Assembly: GCF_006345805.1 (NCBI RefSeq)
Contig: NC_042999.1
Location: forward strand, 156,922,001-156,986,000
DNA: 64,000 nt
DNA from: Octopus sinensis
Taxonomy: Eukaryota
Reading direction: 5' to 3'
In this document: positions 25,060 through 37,865 of the stretch, piece by piece
Layout of the letters: the number at the start of each line of letters is the position of its first letter
How positions within the stretch are numbered: position 1 is the first letter of the stretch
Program-made: the position numbers and the translations under genes
Notes under the pieces: generated by a model
Databases searched by the model: none
Seen by the model: the letters and a program-made list of their open reading frames with translations, nothing else
What the model was told of the DNA's origin: nothing

Positions 25060-27240
25060 CTATGAATAGCAACAGTTAATTTGCAAAAGACTTCCCTGGA
25101 GAAGAATGTGCTCCACAGCATAGGCTACACATTGGAAATTTCAAGCTACTAACTCATAAGATCCAAAGATGCAAGCCAATTTGGAAAAGATGGGTATAGA
25201 AGTTTAAGGATCCTTTGAGTAGTCAGAGATTTGGAGACGTCCTAAATTGTTTCTTTATTACCCACAAGGGGCTAAACATAGAGGGGACAAACAAGGACAG
25301 ACAAACAGATTAAGTCAATTACATCAGCCCCAGTGCGTACCTGGTACTTAATTTATCGACCCCGAAAGTCAACCTCGGCGGAATTTGAACTCAGAACGTA
25401 GTGGCAGATGAAATACCTCAAAGCATTTCGCCCGGCGTGCTAAGGTTTCTGCCAGCTCACCGCCTGGAGACGTCCTAAATGAAGCATATGATGAGAAGGA
25501 GGAGAAGTTAAAGACTTGTAGCATAGAGGATAAGCAGAAGTACCTATGGGATAACTTGCTGAGTGTTGCAGACCAAATTTGTGTCTGGTGTAAAGTCCCA
25601 GCCAGACCGAGGGTGAAGTGGTGGTGGAACAAGGCAGTTGACAGGGCCATTAGAGCAAAGAAACTGGCTTGGAAGGACTGGGATGGTGGTGATAGCACAG
25701 AGTTATATTAGGCAGCTCAAAGGGAAGCTAGGGAGCAGGTATACATAGCCAGGAGTGAAGCAGAAAGGAAGAAATTTGCCAGTGTCTTAAAGCAGGAGGA
25801 CCAGAGGCTTGAAGTATTTTGGCTTGGAAGACAGAGTGCCAGGGGAAATTGTGATGTTGTGGGAGAGAAGCATGTTCACATAGATGATAACTCACTTGCA
25901 GATAGTGACTCTGCAAAGAAAGAGGCTTGTGTCACTATGAAAGGCTCCTAAATGTAGAGAATGCATGGGTGAAGGAAAGTCTACCTCAAGTGGATCCAAC
26001 AGATGGACCAGCAATCCAAATAGACAGAAGCAGGATAGATAAATCCATGGATATGAAGACGAGGAAAGCTTCTGGTTCACCAGGAATCACTGCTGAGATG
26101 CTTTAAAATATTTGGCAGTATGGGGTATGGTCTAGTTACCTGTATAGTAAATCAGGTTGTACATGAGGGAGTCATACCCAATGACTGGTGTAGCAGCATC
26201 ATATGTCCTCATAACCAAATCACTTCCAGAACTAGAGAAGAAGTTTCAGGTGTGGCAGCAGCAAGGTCTAGAATAAAAGAGCCTCAGAGTTAATCTAGCA
26301 AAAAACAAAGCCTTAGTAAGTTGGAAAGCTGACAAATCACAAATTCCCCTCAAGTAGGTGGCCCTGCTTGATCTGGAGATGTATCTGATGTAAGTTATGG
26401 AAACATAAGAGGTGCAGCTATATCAGAGGAAGGTTAACAGGGAAAACAGTTTTTGTGTGTGGAAGGCGCACAGGTAGAATAAATGCCACAAAAGTACAGA
26501 AAATAGACTCTATCAAATGCCAAGTGGGTAAGCTAGAGGTAATTAATAGTTTCCATTATCTACGTTATCAAGTCAGTTGTGGAGGTGGATGCTCTGAGAA
26601 TGCAAGAATAAGAATAGGCTGGGCAAAGTTCAGAAAGCTCCTACCTCTGTTGATAATGAAGGGCCTCTCTTTCAGGGTAAAAGGCAGATCGTATGATGCC
26701 TGTGTGTGAACAGTTATATTACAGAGCAGTGAAACATGAGCTGTGACCACCGAGGATATGCGTAGGCTTGAAAGAAATGAAGCTAGTATGCTTTGCTGAA
26801 TGTGCAATGTCAGTGTGCATGTTCGACAAAGTGCAGGTGTCTTGAAATAAAAGCCAGGCATAAGGAGCATCAGGTGGGGTTTGCAAGGGAGACGACCGTG
26901 TTGGTATGGTCGTGTGATGCATATGGACGAGGACAGCTGTGTAAAGAAGTGCTGAACTCTAACTGTGGAGGGAACCTGTGGAAGACATGGGACAAGGTAG
27001 TGAAATGTGATCTTCGAATGTTGGGCCTCACAGAGGTGATGAAAATGACTGTGAGCTCTGGTGATATGCTGGGAATGAGAAGACCCATCAGGCCAGGTGA
27101 AATCCTAATAGTGTCCATGCTAGTGTTATGTCAGTGGCACCTGTGCATCAGAGTCGAGGTCATTGCCGGTGCCATGTAAATGACACCAGTGAATCATAGT
27201 CATGGTTGTTGATGGTCCCATGTAAATGGCACCTGTGAAT
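25060..27240 (+). mobile_element. Decayed RTE (BovB-like) LINE with internal deletion of most of the RT
   Basis: FPGEECAPQHRL (endonuclease end), PARPRVKWWWNKAVDRAIRAKKLAWK, RKASGSPGITAEML, VIPNDWCSSII, NARIRIGWAKFRKLLPLL. Many stops. Confidence 0.82.
25248..25464 (-). mobile_element. SINE family B nested in the RTE LINE
   Basis: Perfect 16-bp TSD tggagacgtcctaaat at 25232-25247 and 25465-25480. Confidence 0.92.
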
Positions 27241-27246
27241 CTTCGT

Positions 27247-28334
27247 GATTAAATTAAATTAATTACATATCACTGTTCTCCTCAGTGCAAGTAATATACA
27301 ACAGGAATTATTATTATTTCAGAAGACTTGATGAAGGAGATAGTAGATAACAAATTCGGATATAAGTATTCTATCCTTATGAAAAACTGCGAGCATACTA
27401 AAGAATGTTGTTGAGTCTAATTGTGTATAAACTAAAACTGAGGCAGTTAATGATTATTTGAAGATATGAATATAAGTTCTCATACTAACAAAATTTCCAT
27501 TATATATAGCTATTGAAATATTTACAACTCTTTTTCTCATTGCATTCTAGCAGCCTACTAAATATTACTACATCCACTAACTTTAATTTCATTCACACAC
27601 AAAATAAATTTTTTTTAGATATACACCATACATAAAATTACTTATAACTGTCAATTCATATCCTAATTCAAACATAACTATGCCTTTCCTTTAGACACCT
27701 CTATTAAACTTTCTATGATAAATGACTTATTTAGAGTTTAAATTAATTATCTATTTATTATTATAAAGAGGGAATGTATCTTAAACATTTTTCACTCATA
27801 TTTTCATATAACCGTTAGCTGCCTCAGTTTTAGTTTATGGAAGCACTCCGTCGGTTACGACGACGAGGGTTCCGGTTGATCCGAATCAATGGAACAGCCT
27901 GCTCGTGAAATTAACGTGTAAGTGGCTGAGCACTCCACAGACACGTGCACCCTTAACATAGTTCTCGGGGATATTCAGCGTGACACAGAGAGTGACAAGG
28001 CCGGCCCTTTGAAATACAGGTACAACAGAAACAGGAAGTAAGAGTGAGAGAAAGTTGTGGTGAAAGAGTACAGCAGGGATCACCACCATCCCCTGCCGGA
28101 GCCTCGTGGAGCTTTTAGGTGTTTTCGCTCAATAAACACTCAGTTCTAGTTTATACACAATTAGACTCAACAACATTCTTTAGTATACTCGCAATTTTTC
28201 ATAAGGTTAAAATATTTATATCCGAATTTGTTATTTACTATCTCTTTCATCAAGGCTTCTGAAATAATAATAATTCCTGTTGTATATTACTTGCACTGAG
28301 GAGAACAGTGATATGTAATTAATTTAGTTTAATC
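27247..28334. repeat. ~210-bp inverted repeat (27247-27457 vs 27808-27838 plus 28139-28334) upstream of a Penelope-like ORF
   Basis: aattacatatcactgttctcctcagtgcaagtaatatacaacagg... is the reverse complement of ...cctgttgtatattacttgcactgaggagaacagtgatatgtaatt. Confidence 0.9.
27839..28138 (-). mobile_element. 5'-truncated SINE sharing its middle with family C but with a different 3' domain
   Basis: gagcgaaaacacct...agctccacg...actctttcaccacaactttct shared with family C. TSD ctcagtt(t/c)tagtttat at 27823 and 28139. Confidence 0.8.
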
Positions 28335-28702
28335 AAATTAATTTTAATTATTCTACCATGTTATTTACATGTTAATATCACTGTTCGAAACAATCGTATG
28401 CATGTATTAAAATTCTTTTAAATTTTAACATCTTCTTTTAACAAATTCGTTCGGTCTCTATGTGATACCTTTCCATAAATTCTCATAACACACAATATAC
28501 ATGTAATAATAATTTCATATTCCCAAAAATCTTATGCCAGTAAGCTACCAGCAAAATATGAAGAATCTTTGTTGGAAATCACCCTTTGGAACCCTCCAAA
28601 GTAAAGGACGAAATATAATCCAATCTCTCCATATATATATTACTATTAACATTATTAATAAACCTTATATTAATAAGAAACCGATTTGTAATAAAAATAA
28701 AA

Positions 28703-29925
28703 ATGGAGAAGATTAATATTGAAACATCTCATAAGGACGTCCCTTTATCTACCCTAAGGAGTACATTAAGGACTACATTAAGGATATAATAGCGAAATTC
28801 CATGATCTCACCAGAAGAATGAGATGGAATGCTCTTTTCTTTGACAAACAAAATAGTACAGAAGATGATTTAAACAACAAAAGAAACGAAAAACTCATGA
28901 ATATTAGAAGAAATTTTAAATCCTGGAAAAACCCACCAGCAAATAGGATATTAAAAAATTTTGATGATGACCTTTGGAACCGACTAAGAAATATTAAGTT
29001 TAAAAAAAGCATCACCAATTGTTGATAGAGCGGCTATTCAAGTATGATCGTTACCAGCGTCGCCTTACTGGCACTCATGCCTGTGCTAGTAGGGTGCCAA
29101 GAACACCATCCGAGTGTGATCGTTGCCAGAGCAGCCAACTGGCTTCCATACCCATGGCACGTAGAAGGGCACCATTCATGCGTGATCGTTACCAACGTCG
29201 CTTCACTGGCACGTGTAAAAGGATTCGAGCGAGGTCATTGCCAGTACCGCCTGACTGGCCCCCTTACCGGTGGCACGTAAAAAGCTCCCATTACACTCTT
29301 GGAGTGGTTGGCATTAGGAAGGGCATCCAGCGGTAGAAACTCTGCCAGATCAAGACTGGAGCCTGGTGCAGCCATCTGGTTGCCAGCCCTCAGTCAAAAT
29401 CGTCCAACCCATGCTAGCATGGAAAACGGACGTTAAACGATGATCGATGATGATGATGATGTTATTTGAAGCATGAAGTTAATGGACTCCAAAAATTAAA
29501 AGGTATAATACAGTCTGATAAAACAGGAAATCTATACAATATAGATGTAGATCTATACTATAATCTCCTACACAAAGAAATTATGAAGAAATATAAGATT
29601 ATAAATAAAGATGTTCTAAAATCTATTAATCTTAAAGTCAAAGAAATAATGAGTGAAGACCAAATTGACGACGTAAGTGAAGTTTATGAACCATCTCGAC
29701 CTAGAATTAGCCTGAAAGATCAGAAACCTAATTTGCATACTGATCCAAAGGTAAGGCTTATCTGCCCTGCAAATCTGACATTGGAAAACTAAGCAAATTT
29801 ATCATAGATAAATAGCTACATTTATTGAAATCCAAAATAAAACACAACCAGTTGTCAAAAACACTGGATACAATCAAATGGTTCAACAACATACAAGACA
29901 AGGAAAAATGTAAATTCATCCAACT
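28703..29925 (+). mobile_element. Penelope-like element, decayed N-terminal/RT portion, interrupted at 29020-29460
   Basis: MEKINIETSHKDVP...RRMRWNALFF, IIQSDKTGNLY, ISLKDQKPNLHTDPKVRLICPA, HNQ...TIKWFNNIQDKEKCKFIQL. Confidence 0.8.
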
Positions 29926-30156
29926 ATTACCAATTATTACCAATCTATCAACCTTAATAAAGCACTTCTCTTGGGGGTTAGTAGCCCGCACTCTTAACCA
30001 CTATGCCAAATACCCGTGGGCATAATCTATAAAACCATCAAAAGCTTGTTTATTTTTATGTTTTTTGATTTATTATTAGTGTTGCTTAATATGTTTTGCT
30101 AAAATTGCTGTTTCTTTTCAGATATTGTCAGAAAAAGGTAATTAAAATTCGTTAAA

Positions 30157-30497
30157 ATGACAGATCTATCGGACTTTCAAACAGGTGAAATTGTTGGTGC
30201 TCGTATGGCAGGTGCTAGCATAATGAAAACAGCCGAAATATTTGGTGTATCAAGGAGTACTGTCTCGAAAGTAATCACAGCCTTTGAGAAAGATGGAAAA
30301 ACCTCCTCGTCGAAACAAAACTCTAAAAGAAAACCAAAACTTTCAGATAGGAACCGTTGGACTCTTACAGGAATTATTAGAAAGGATCACAAAAAGTACA
30401 GGTACCAAAATTACTGTAGAGCTTAATGACCACCTCGAGAATCCAGTTTCCACAAAAACTATTTGCCAGGAGCTGTACAAAGCCGGATTTCACAGGA
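30157..30497 (+). mobile_element. Tc1 transposase N-terminal (paired-like HTH) fragment
   Basis: MTDLSDFQTGEIVGARMAGASIMKTAEIFGVSRSTVSKVI, frameshift, then ITVELNDHLENPVSTKTICQELYKAGF. Confidence 0.85.
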
Positions 30498-30630
30498 TTT
30501 CAGGGTCAAAATTGGGAACAAAAATAGGACAGTGGAGACATAAAAGAAACTGAATGAAAACAAACATGGAGGGTCATTAGACCAGAACAAGGATTAAATA
30601 GCAAATGCTGGAGTAATATTTACTTTGACA

Positions 30631-31632
30631 AGAGAAAGGAAAGAAGAGAGAGGTAGAATACGTCCAGTCCTTAGGACAGCCCTGAAAGAAATAAAGATTA
30701 TCACGTGAAGAAAAGAAAGATGGACGATGGTCACGTGTGAGCAACGATAAAGAGTAAAGGAGAGAAAGAGAGATAGATAGAAAACAGTGAATGGGAGAAA
30801 AAAGGGAATTAGAGAAAGGATGAAAGAGAAAATGATGAGGGAGAAAAACAGTATAGAGTAGAGTAACATCAAAAAGATGAAGATAAACTTACTTGAAAAT
30901 GGATGCATGGCATTCAATCAAATAATAATATAAGTAATATATATATACATACCCAGGAGTAGTTAAGTCAATTACATTGATCCCAGTGCTGAACTGGTAC
31001 TTATTTTGTCAACCCCGAAAGAATGAAAGGCAAAGTCAACCTTGGCAGAATTTGAACTCAGAACATAAGGTCAGACAAAATACCTCTAAGCATTTTGACC
31101 AGGCGTGGGAGTGGCTGTGAGGTAAGTAGCTTGCTTACAAACCACATGGTTCCAGGTTCAGTCCCACTGCGTGGCACCTTGGGCAAGTGTCTTCTACTAT
31201 AGCCTCGGGCAGACCAAAGCCTTGTGAGTGGATTTGGTAGACGGAAACTGAAAGAAGCCCGTCGTATATATGTATGTTTGTGTGTCTGTGTTTGTCCCCC
31301 CAACTTCGCTTGACAACCGAAGAGAGAGATAGGATACGTCCAGTCCTTAGGATAGTCCTGAAAAGAAAGATGATCATTTGAGGAAAAGAAAGATGGACGA
31401 GGGTCCCATGTGAGCAACGATAAAGAGTAAAAGAGAGAGAGGAGGAGAGAGAGACAGATAGAAAACAGTGAAGGGGAGAAAAAAGGGAAATAGAGAAAGG
31501 ATGAAAGAGAAAATGATGGGCGAGAAAAACAGTATAGAGTAGAGTCACCCCAAAAAGATGAAGATAAACTTACTTGGAAATGGATGCATTGTGTTCAATC
31601 AAATAATAATATAAATAATATATATATATATA
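30631..31632. repeat. Two diverged direct copies (30631-30950, 31319-31632) of a purine-rich, (TA)n-terminated element
   Basis: Shared tacgtccagtccttagga...gagcaacgataaagagtaaa...gaagataaacttacttg...ttcaatcaaataataatata(ta)n. Related end at 19196-19260. Confidence 0.8.
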
Positions 31633-32192
31633 TTGATTAATAAGACTTTTTCCCCCAGTTAATAAGTACCATGCCTACTCATAATAAGTGATAGTCTCTT
31701 TCTCCAAATTTGAATAAATTTTAGATTTATATTTTTTCCTTTATTCTAACGTGTCAGAGTACTTGGAACTTACAAACCAACTGTTGTGATGATGTGCATA
31801 GGGTTTGTAAAGTCTCTGCATTCTCTGTGAATGTTATTGTGACCATTTGACATTGACCTAGTTCTCCTAACACTGAATCTGTTCATCAAATAGTAGTAAT
31901 TGGCATTTAGTTGTGACAATGCTGTCTTCCACATAAATTCCTTATATGGAGCTATGACCTCCCCTTTACCCCATTTCTATAATTAGAAAATCTTTATTGT
32001 CTCCTTTCATTTATTCTTCTCTCTCAGAACCTTACAGTAGTCTGGAACAACTGAATCTTAATCAGTCAGTTGATGGGCTCCACTACCTCAAATGTTCCTA
32101 AAATTTAAATCCACATCTTTGTCTATGTATCTACCTTTTCTATAATGTTCCCACTTGATATGAAAATTTTTGTATTAATGGAAAACCTCTAT

Positions 32193-32283
32193 AATTGGCT
32201 GATGAGTGCTCAGCATTTTAAAACTGTTGTAATACTTACAACATTTAATAAAATGATGTAGTACGAAACGATCGTACCAAATT
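32193..32283 (+). ncRNA. Minimal type I hammerhead ribozyme motif, intact core
   Basis: aattgg-CTGATGA-gtgc[...]gtac-GAAA-c(gatc)g-TA-ccaaatt. Stems I, II and III all pair. Confidence 0.78.
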
Positions 32284-32311
32284 ACCGGAGTCATTCTTGT
32301 TGCTTATTTTG

Positions 32312-32343
<32 letters not shown>

Positions 32344-33079
32344 GTGTGTGTGTGTGTGTGTGTGTATTTTTGGGAGCAAAACTGCTGGAGAATCAGTATA
32401 CACCACGTGGCATATAAAAAACATATAAAAAAAAGGGAGGAAGAGGAATGCCTTCATTTCACAAAGTTTTAATATCTTTTTATAAAGAAATAAATATACA
32501 TATTTTATGGATGGTAAAAGTCTCATAAAATGTAGTAACATCCAACTGGTTTTCGCTATTTAAATTAGCTTTTCAAGCGACATTGTGAAGTGATAATTCC
32601 TTGAGACAAGGAACCATGCCATTTGGGATTTCTTGAAAAGTAAAAATAAATAGAGTGGATAAAGGGAAGCAGCAGGTGGCAAGGGGTCAACAACCTCCTC
32701 AGCATTATTGAATGGTGGTAAATAAATTTGATTTATTTCTGAGAATCAGAATCAAAAGTGAGAATCAGAATCAAAATCAAAATCCATCAACATCAATGGA
32801 AATTGTAGCTGTGATACCAATGCCGGTGGCACGTAAAAAGCACCATCCAACCATGGCCGTTTGCCAGCCTCGTCTGGCCCCTGTGCCGGTGGCACGTAAA
32901 ATGCACCCACTACACTCACGGAGTGGTTGATGTTAGGAAGGGCATCCAGCCGTAGAAACATTGCCAGATCAGACTGGGCCTGGTGCAGCCTTCTGGCTTC
33001 CCAGACCCCAGTTGAACCGTCCAACCCATGCTAGCATGGAAAGCGGATGCTAAATGATGATGATGATGGTGATGAAATA

Positions 33080-34165
33080 GGAATGTATATGGGTCAGGTG
33101 GTCAAGTTAAGGTGTGGTCTGTACTTTTGTATAAACAGGTTTTCCTTGTTTAGGCATTCTTGTAAAGAGATTGAATATATGCACTGGGATAATGGAACAA
33201 TATGGAAATTTGGTGTTTTATTTCTTGTGCATCTGTCAATAAGTTCGCTCAGAGCTGTCTGCCTGCTTTGAGGAAAACGAATCTGTTCTTTATGTAGTGT
33301 AACTCTGCATCTCAAAATAAGGCTCATTTGGCCCACATAATTGTGACCACAACCTGAGCAGGTTAGGACATAAATTAGGTTCTGAGAGGCACATGTGAAG
33401 TTGATTTTAGGTAAAACTTTTTCTCCTTGCTGGAATATGAATTCTGAGCCTTCAGTTTGGTTTGGGCAAGTACCACAATTAGGTCGTCCGCATTTTTTAA
33501 CTGTTGGTATCCTATGTGTTGAGTACAGTTTTGCATTTGTAAGGAGTCTTTTGAGTGATTTGTGTTGTCTTTTGCATTTGTGGAGTTTATGTGTATTTAA
33601 GATGTTGTTCATTTTCAAGTCTTGAGTGAGCAAAGGGAAGTCTTGTGCAATTGTGTTGTATGCTTCATTGTTTCTGGGGTTGTGGGTTCATATGTATGGG
33701 AGTGATTTAAAGTGAGGTGGGGTGTTGTGTTTTGTTGTCCTTAGAGTGTTTGTGCCCAATTTTTTGACACGTTTAACTCCATGGTCTATAAGTGCACATG
33801 GGAATTAACATTCAATTAATGTTATTTTGAGGTCTTGTATGTGAAGTTCCCGAGTAGTTGTTTCAGATACAGTTGTACAGATCCTTTTTGCTAGATTGAA
33901 TGGGTTTTTTATTTTGGTATCCTTAGGGTGGCATGAGCTGAAAAGGAGATACTGTTTCGAGTCTGTTGGTCTGTGGTAGATGTCAGTTGCAATTTGGTTG
34001 TTGGATCAAAATGTCCAGAAATGGGAGCTGTTCATTGCTATATTCTATTGTAAATTGAATAGTGGAGTTTATATTGTTCAGTGTAGATGTGAAGTCCAGA
34101 AGATTATCATGGGTTTCATTCCAGATAATAAAACAATCATCTAGGTACCTTTTCTAGTTTTCTCT
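33080..34165 (-). mobile_element. Penelope-like element (RT thumb, Cys-rich linker, GIY-YIG endonuclease)
   Basis: KRYLDDCFIIW, TDIYHRPTDSKQYLLFSSCHP, KCGRPNCGTC, TCASQNLIYVLTCSGCGHNYVGQ...R...H, ENLFIQKYRPHLN. Confidence 0.9.
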
Positions 34166-34313
34166 TATATACTGGTGGCATGGGAGTCCAAATTTTTGAG
34201 GCAAAAATTCATATACGCTAAGTTACGGGGACGTAAACACACCAGCATTGGTTGTCGAGCGATATTGGGGGGACAAACACAGACACACAAACATATACAC
34301 ACACGTACATAAA

Positions 34314-34361
<48 letters not shown>

Positions 34362-35647
34362 CATACGATGGGCTTCTTTCAGTTTCCATCTACCAAATCC
34401 ACTCACAAGGCTTTGGTCAGCCAGAGGCTATAGTAGAAGACACCAGCCCAAGGTGCCATGCAGTCAGACTGAACCCAGCACCATGTGGTTCGTAAGGAAG
34501 CTACTTACCACACAGCCACTCCTACATATATATATATATATACACTCCTGCAGACTTTTAGGCTAGCTCCTGTAGAGGGCATAATGGTTCTGCAGCTGAA
34601 AACTAAAGAGAGCTAAATAGCAAGATTATAATACGTCTACAATGACAATATGCCCTGGAGGTGTTTGAATTAGAGGTTAAGGACAGATGGTAATTAATTC
34701 TGGAATGCAATCATTCTATTGTTCCAATCCCAAGTTGAATTCCAAGTGTTGGCCAATTTGTCCTGAAGTTCTTATCTTGACAGAAAATTAATGAAGCGAA
34801 TTTCATTTATCTCCGACTTGAACTCAGAAATGATTTGATAAACACCAAATAAGATGGCATGAATCAGCCAAGCTTTACCTGCTAGAAATAGCAGCCCAAG
34901 CGCTTTTAAATCAAATCCCACTGCTGGATGTTCAAAAACTGCAAGGCAGATTTTCAATCATGGAATCATCCTGATTGCAAAACGGTATAACAAGTCTGTG
35001 CCGGTGGCACGTAAAAAGCACCATCCGATCGTGGCCGTTTGCCAGACTCGTCTGGCACCTGTAGCACCGCCCCGACTGGCCTCATGCCGGTGGCACATAA
35101 AAAGCACCATCCGATTGTGGCCGTTTGCCAGACTCGTCTGGCACCTGTGCCGGTGGTACGTAAAAAGCGCCCACTACACTCATGGAGTGGTTGGTGTTAG
35201 CAAGGGCATCCAGTTGTAGAAACGTTGCCAGATCAGACTGGGCCTGGTGCAGCCTTCTGGCTTCCCAGACCCTAGTTGAACCGTCCAACCCATGCTAGCA
35301 TGGAGAACAGACGTTAAGCGATGATGATGTAGAGCAAATGTAGACAGAGATACAGGGGTCCCAGTCAAACAGAATTTTGCTTTTATTATAATATAAAAAA
35401 AAAAGTATTCACTAAATGTGTCCATTTTAAGTGCTACCTACTGAATAGTTGAATCTTCCCGTTTGCTGTTTAGGCTATTTCGGGTCCGTAAGGGTTTTTT
35501 TATCCTCTGGTCCAAGGGAGATAACCCATCCTCATTAACATTTTTGTAAAATATCAAATGTTAAATGTAGGCTATCTTTCGTAAATGTAGTTTCAATAAA
35601 AAAAATAACAGATACATTAAGAGCAGCAGCAGATTTGCCGTTCAAAT

Positions 35648-36052
35648 CTTTTCGGTTTGAACGGCAGTTTTTTCTAGCGGTGTCATATGAAATTGTCACC
35701 CATAATTATAACCCTAGTATCGATCTATTGCATTTCAATCTGTTTTAGAGTTAGGAGTGGGGGAAGGGTATCTTTTTTTTTCTTCACAAATGTAAATAAA
35801 CCCAATCTGTTTCTTAAACGTGAGACATATTCATACGGCACAGAATGCTTTTTTACCTCAATGGACGTCATTGATTGGTTGAAATTGCAGAAATTGAAGA
35901 AAAAAAACAACTAATATCTTACAAACTATAGAATTTTCTCAATAAAGCTAAGAGAAAAAGATGTTTTATAAACACATTCTACCAGTATATGAAGTTTAAA
36001 ATTTTTTAGTTTCCTAGAAATTATGTTAAAAACTGCCGTTCAAACCGAAAAG
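35648..36052. mobile_element. MITE with 25-bp perfect TIRs upstream of EXOSC6
   Basis: cttttcggtttgaacggcagttttt / aaaaactgccgttcaaaccgaaaag. Confidence 0.85.
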
Positions 36053-36292
36053 GGGCAATCTTTCGTAAATGTAGTTTCAATAATGAAATAACAGATTCTT
36101 TAAGAGCAGCAGCAATGTTTCCGATAATAATTTTAAATTAGAGAAATTATTAAAAAAAAAAATTACAAAATATATATATATATATAAATTATTTTCTTTT
36201 GAATTCCGTTTCGTATTTTGAGAGTAACTTTAAATTTTATTTACGGAACTCTCTAATATAGAAAACAAATTAGTGACTAGAACACGTGCAAA

Positions 36293-36379
36293 ATGCCGAC
36301 CGACAACAAACGAATTTGTGGTCCTGAAACCTCAAACACTCCTTATTCTTACTGTAAAGACACTGAAACACGGGCATTA
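36293..36379 (+). CDS. EXOSC6: Exosome complex component MTR3, coding exon 1
   Basis: ATG in aaaATG context. MPTDNKRICGPETSNTPYSYCKDTETRAL resembles the MTR3 N-terminus (human MPGDHRRIRGPEES). GTAAGT donor at 36380, phase 0. Confidence 0.9.
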
Positions 36380-36764
36380 GTAAGTCTCATCTTTGTTTTG
36401 GGCGATGCTTCGGTATATGTACATACGTGACTTTGTTTACATTTCTGAAGATAACAGAAACCCTTTTCTCCTACCTCTAACCCTAACACCCATATATATA
36501 TATATATAAAAACAACCCTTTTTTGAAATGTATCCGGTACCTATACCGAAGGTTCGCCTTGTTTTGTTGCATCCATTTAAAAAGCCCCTCCGTCATTATT
36601 TCAATGTATTTTTCTTTAAATTTTAAAATTACCTTTACTGTATCCTACATGTAATTAACAAACCGTTTCTTAAGATTATTTTGTTTTCATATCTTGTGAG
36701 AAACTATACCACGTCTTTAGTATAAGAAATATAATAGCTTTTATCAGACAATATAATCATAAAC

Positions 36765-37163
36765 TCCGATGTCTGGCAGCTGACTTGCAGACACCCATAA
36801 AATTATTAACCATCTTGCAAACGATAACTCTGAGCACCTTTTCAAACTCCACCCGTCTAACACCCGTGGACATATTTACAAAGTCAGAAAACAGCACAGC
36901 TCCCATGACTTTAGGAAACATTTTTTCACGCTGAGAGTTGCTGAAGCGTGGAACAAACTGCCAGCATCAGTTGTTGTTTTCTGAGATTCGCCAACACTAC
37001 ACCTGATTTTCTCCCCTCCATACACACGCAAGCATGTATCTGACTCATACACTGTTCGCTTTCCAGACATTTTTACATTACTACATGTACTTTATATGCA
37101 CTTTCTGACAAGTTGTGGTGCACCTGAGCACTGTATACAATAATTTCATTATTATTATTATTA
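36765..37163 (+). mobile_element. CR1-clade LINE 3' end in EXOSC6 intron 1
   Basis: HLFKLHPSNTRGHIYKVRKQHSSHDFRKHFFTLRVAEAWNKLPASVV, then (ATT)n tail. Confidence 0.85.
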
Positions 37164-37865
37164 TATAATTAAGGCGGCGATCTGGTAGAAACGTTAGCAC
37201 ACCAGGCGAAATGCATAGCCGTATTTCGTCTGCCGTTACGTTCTGAGTTCAAATTCCGCCGAGGTCGACTTTGCCTTTCATCCTTTCGGGGTCGATAAAT
37301 TAAGTACTAGTTACGCACTGGGGTCGATGTAATCGACTTGATCCGTTTGTTTGTCCTCTCTGTGTTTAGCCCCTTGTGAGTAGTAATAAAGAAATACATA
37401 ATTAAGGACGAATAGTCGCTGCTCCTGACTAAACTCTACAAAATTAATAATATTTTCAACGTTTAAACTGAATTATTGGCCAATATAAAGATCTTCACCC
37501 GGGACCCCCCCCCAAAAAAAAAAATTAACCAGCCTGACGTGTGTTAACAAGTCTGTGGAAAACGAATATGAAAGCAAAATGCGCGCTGACGACCCTGGGG
37601 GTGGGGAGGCGACTTTCGGAAAATTCACAAGATCCGATTTTTCCTCTTCCTCATTGCATATTTTTGAATGAATTTTGGTAGCCACGTTTTCGAAGAGGCA
37701 AACTTACATAAGTGTGCCCCCTCTCCGATTTTGTTTCCTTGTAACTTACAGAAAAATGGATATTTTCTACAAATATGCTTCATATGATGTGGATCTCGAT
37801 TATATGGGAATTTGTGGTGAATAAATTTGGTAAATTTCGATACTTTCACGCGCGCGATTTTCACT

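Noticed and set aside
35400-35540. First exon of a divergent minus-strand gene (ATGGACACATTTA|gtgaat)
   Set aside because: No downstream minus-strand exons with recognisable protein were found in 1-35400; unsupported without RNA data.
36471-36490. Telomere-like ctctaaccctaacacc
   Set aside because: Only about two degenerate units; not an interstitial telomere.
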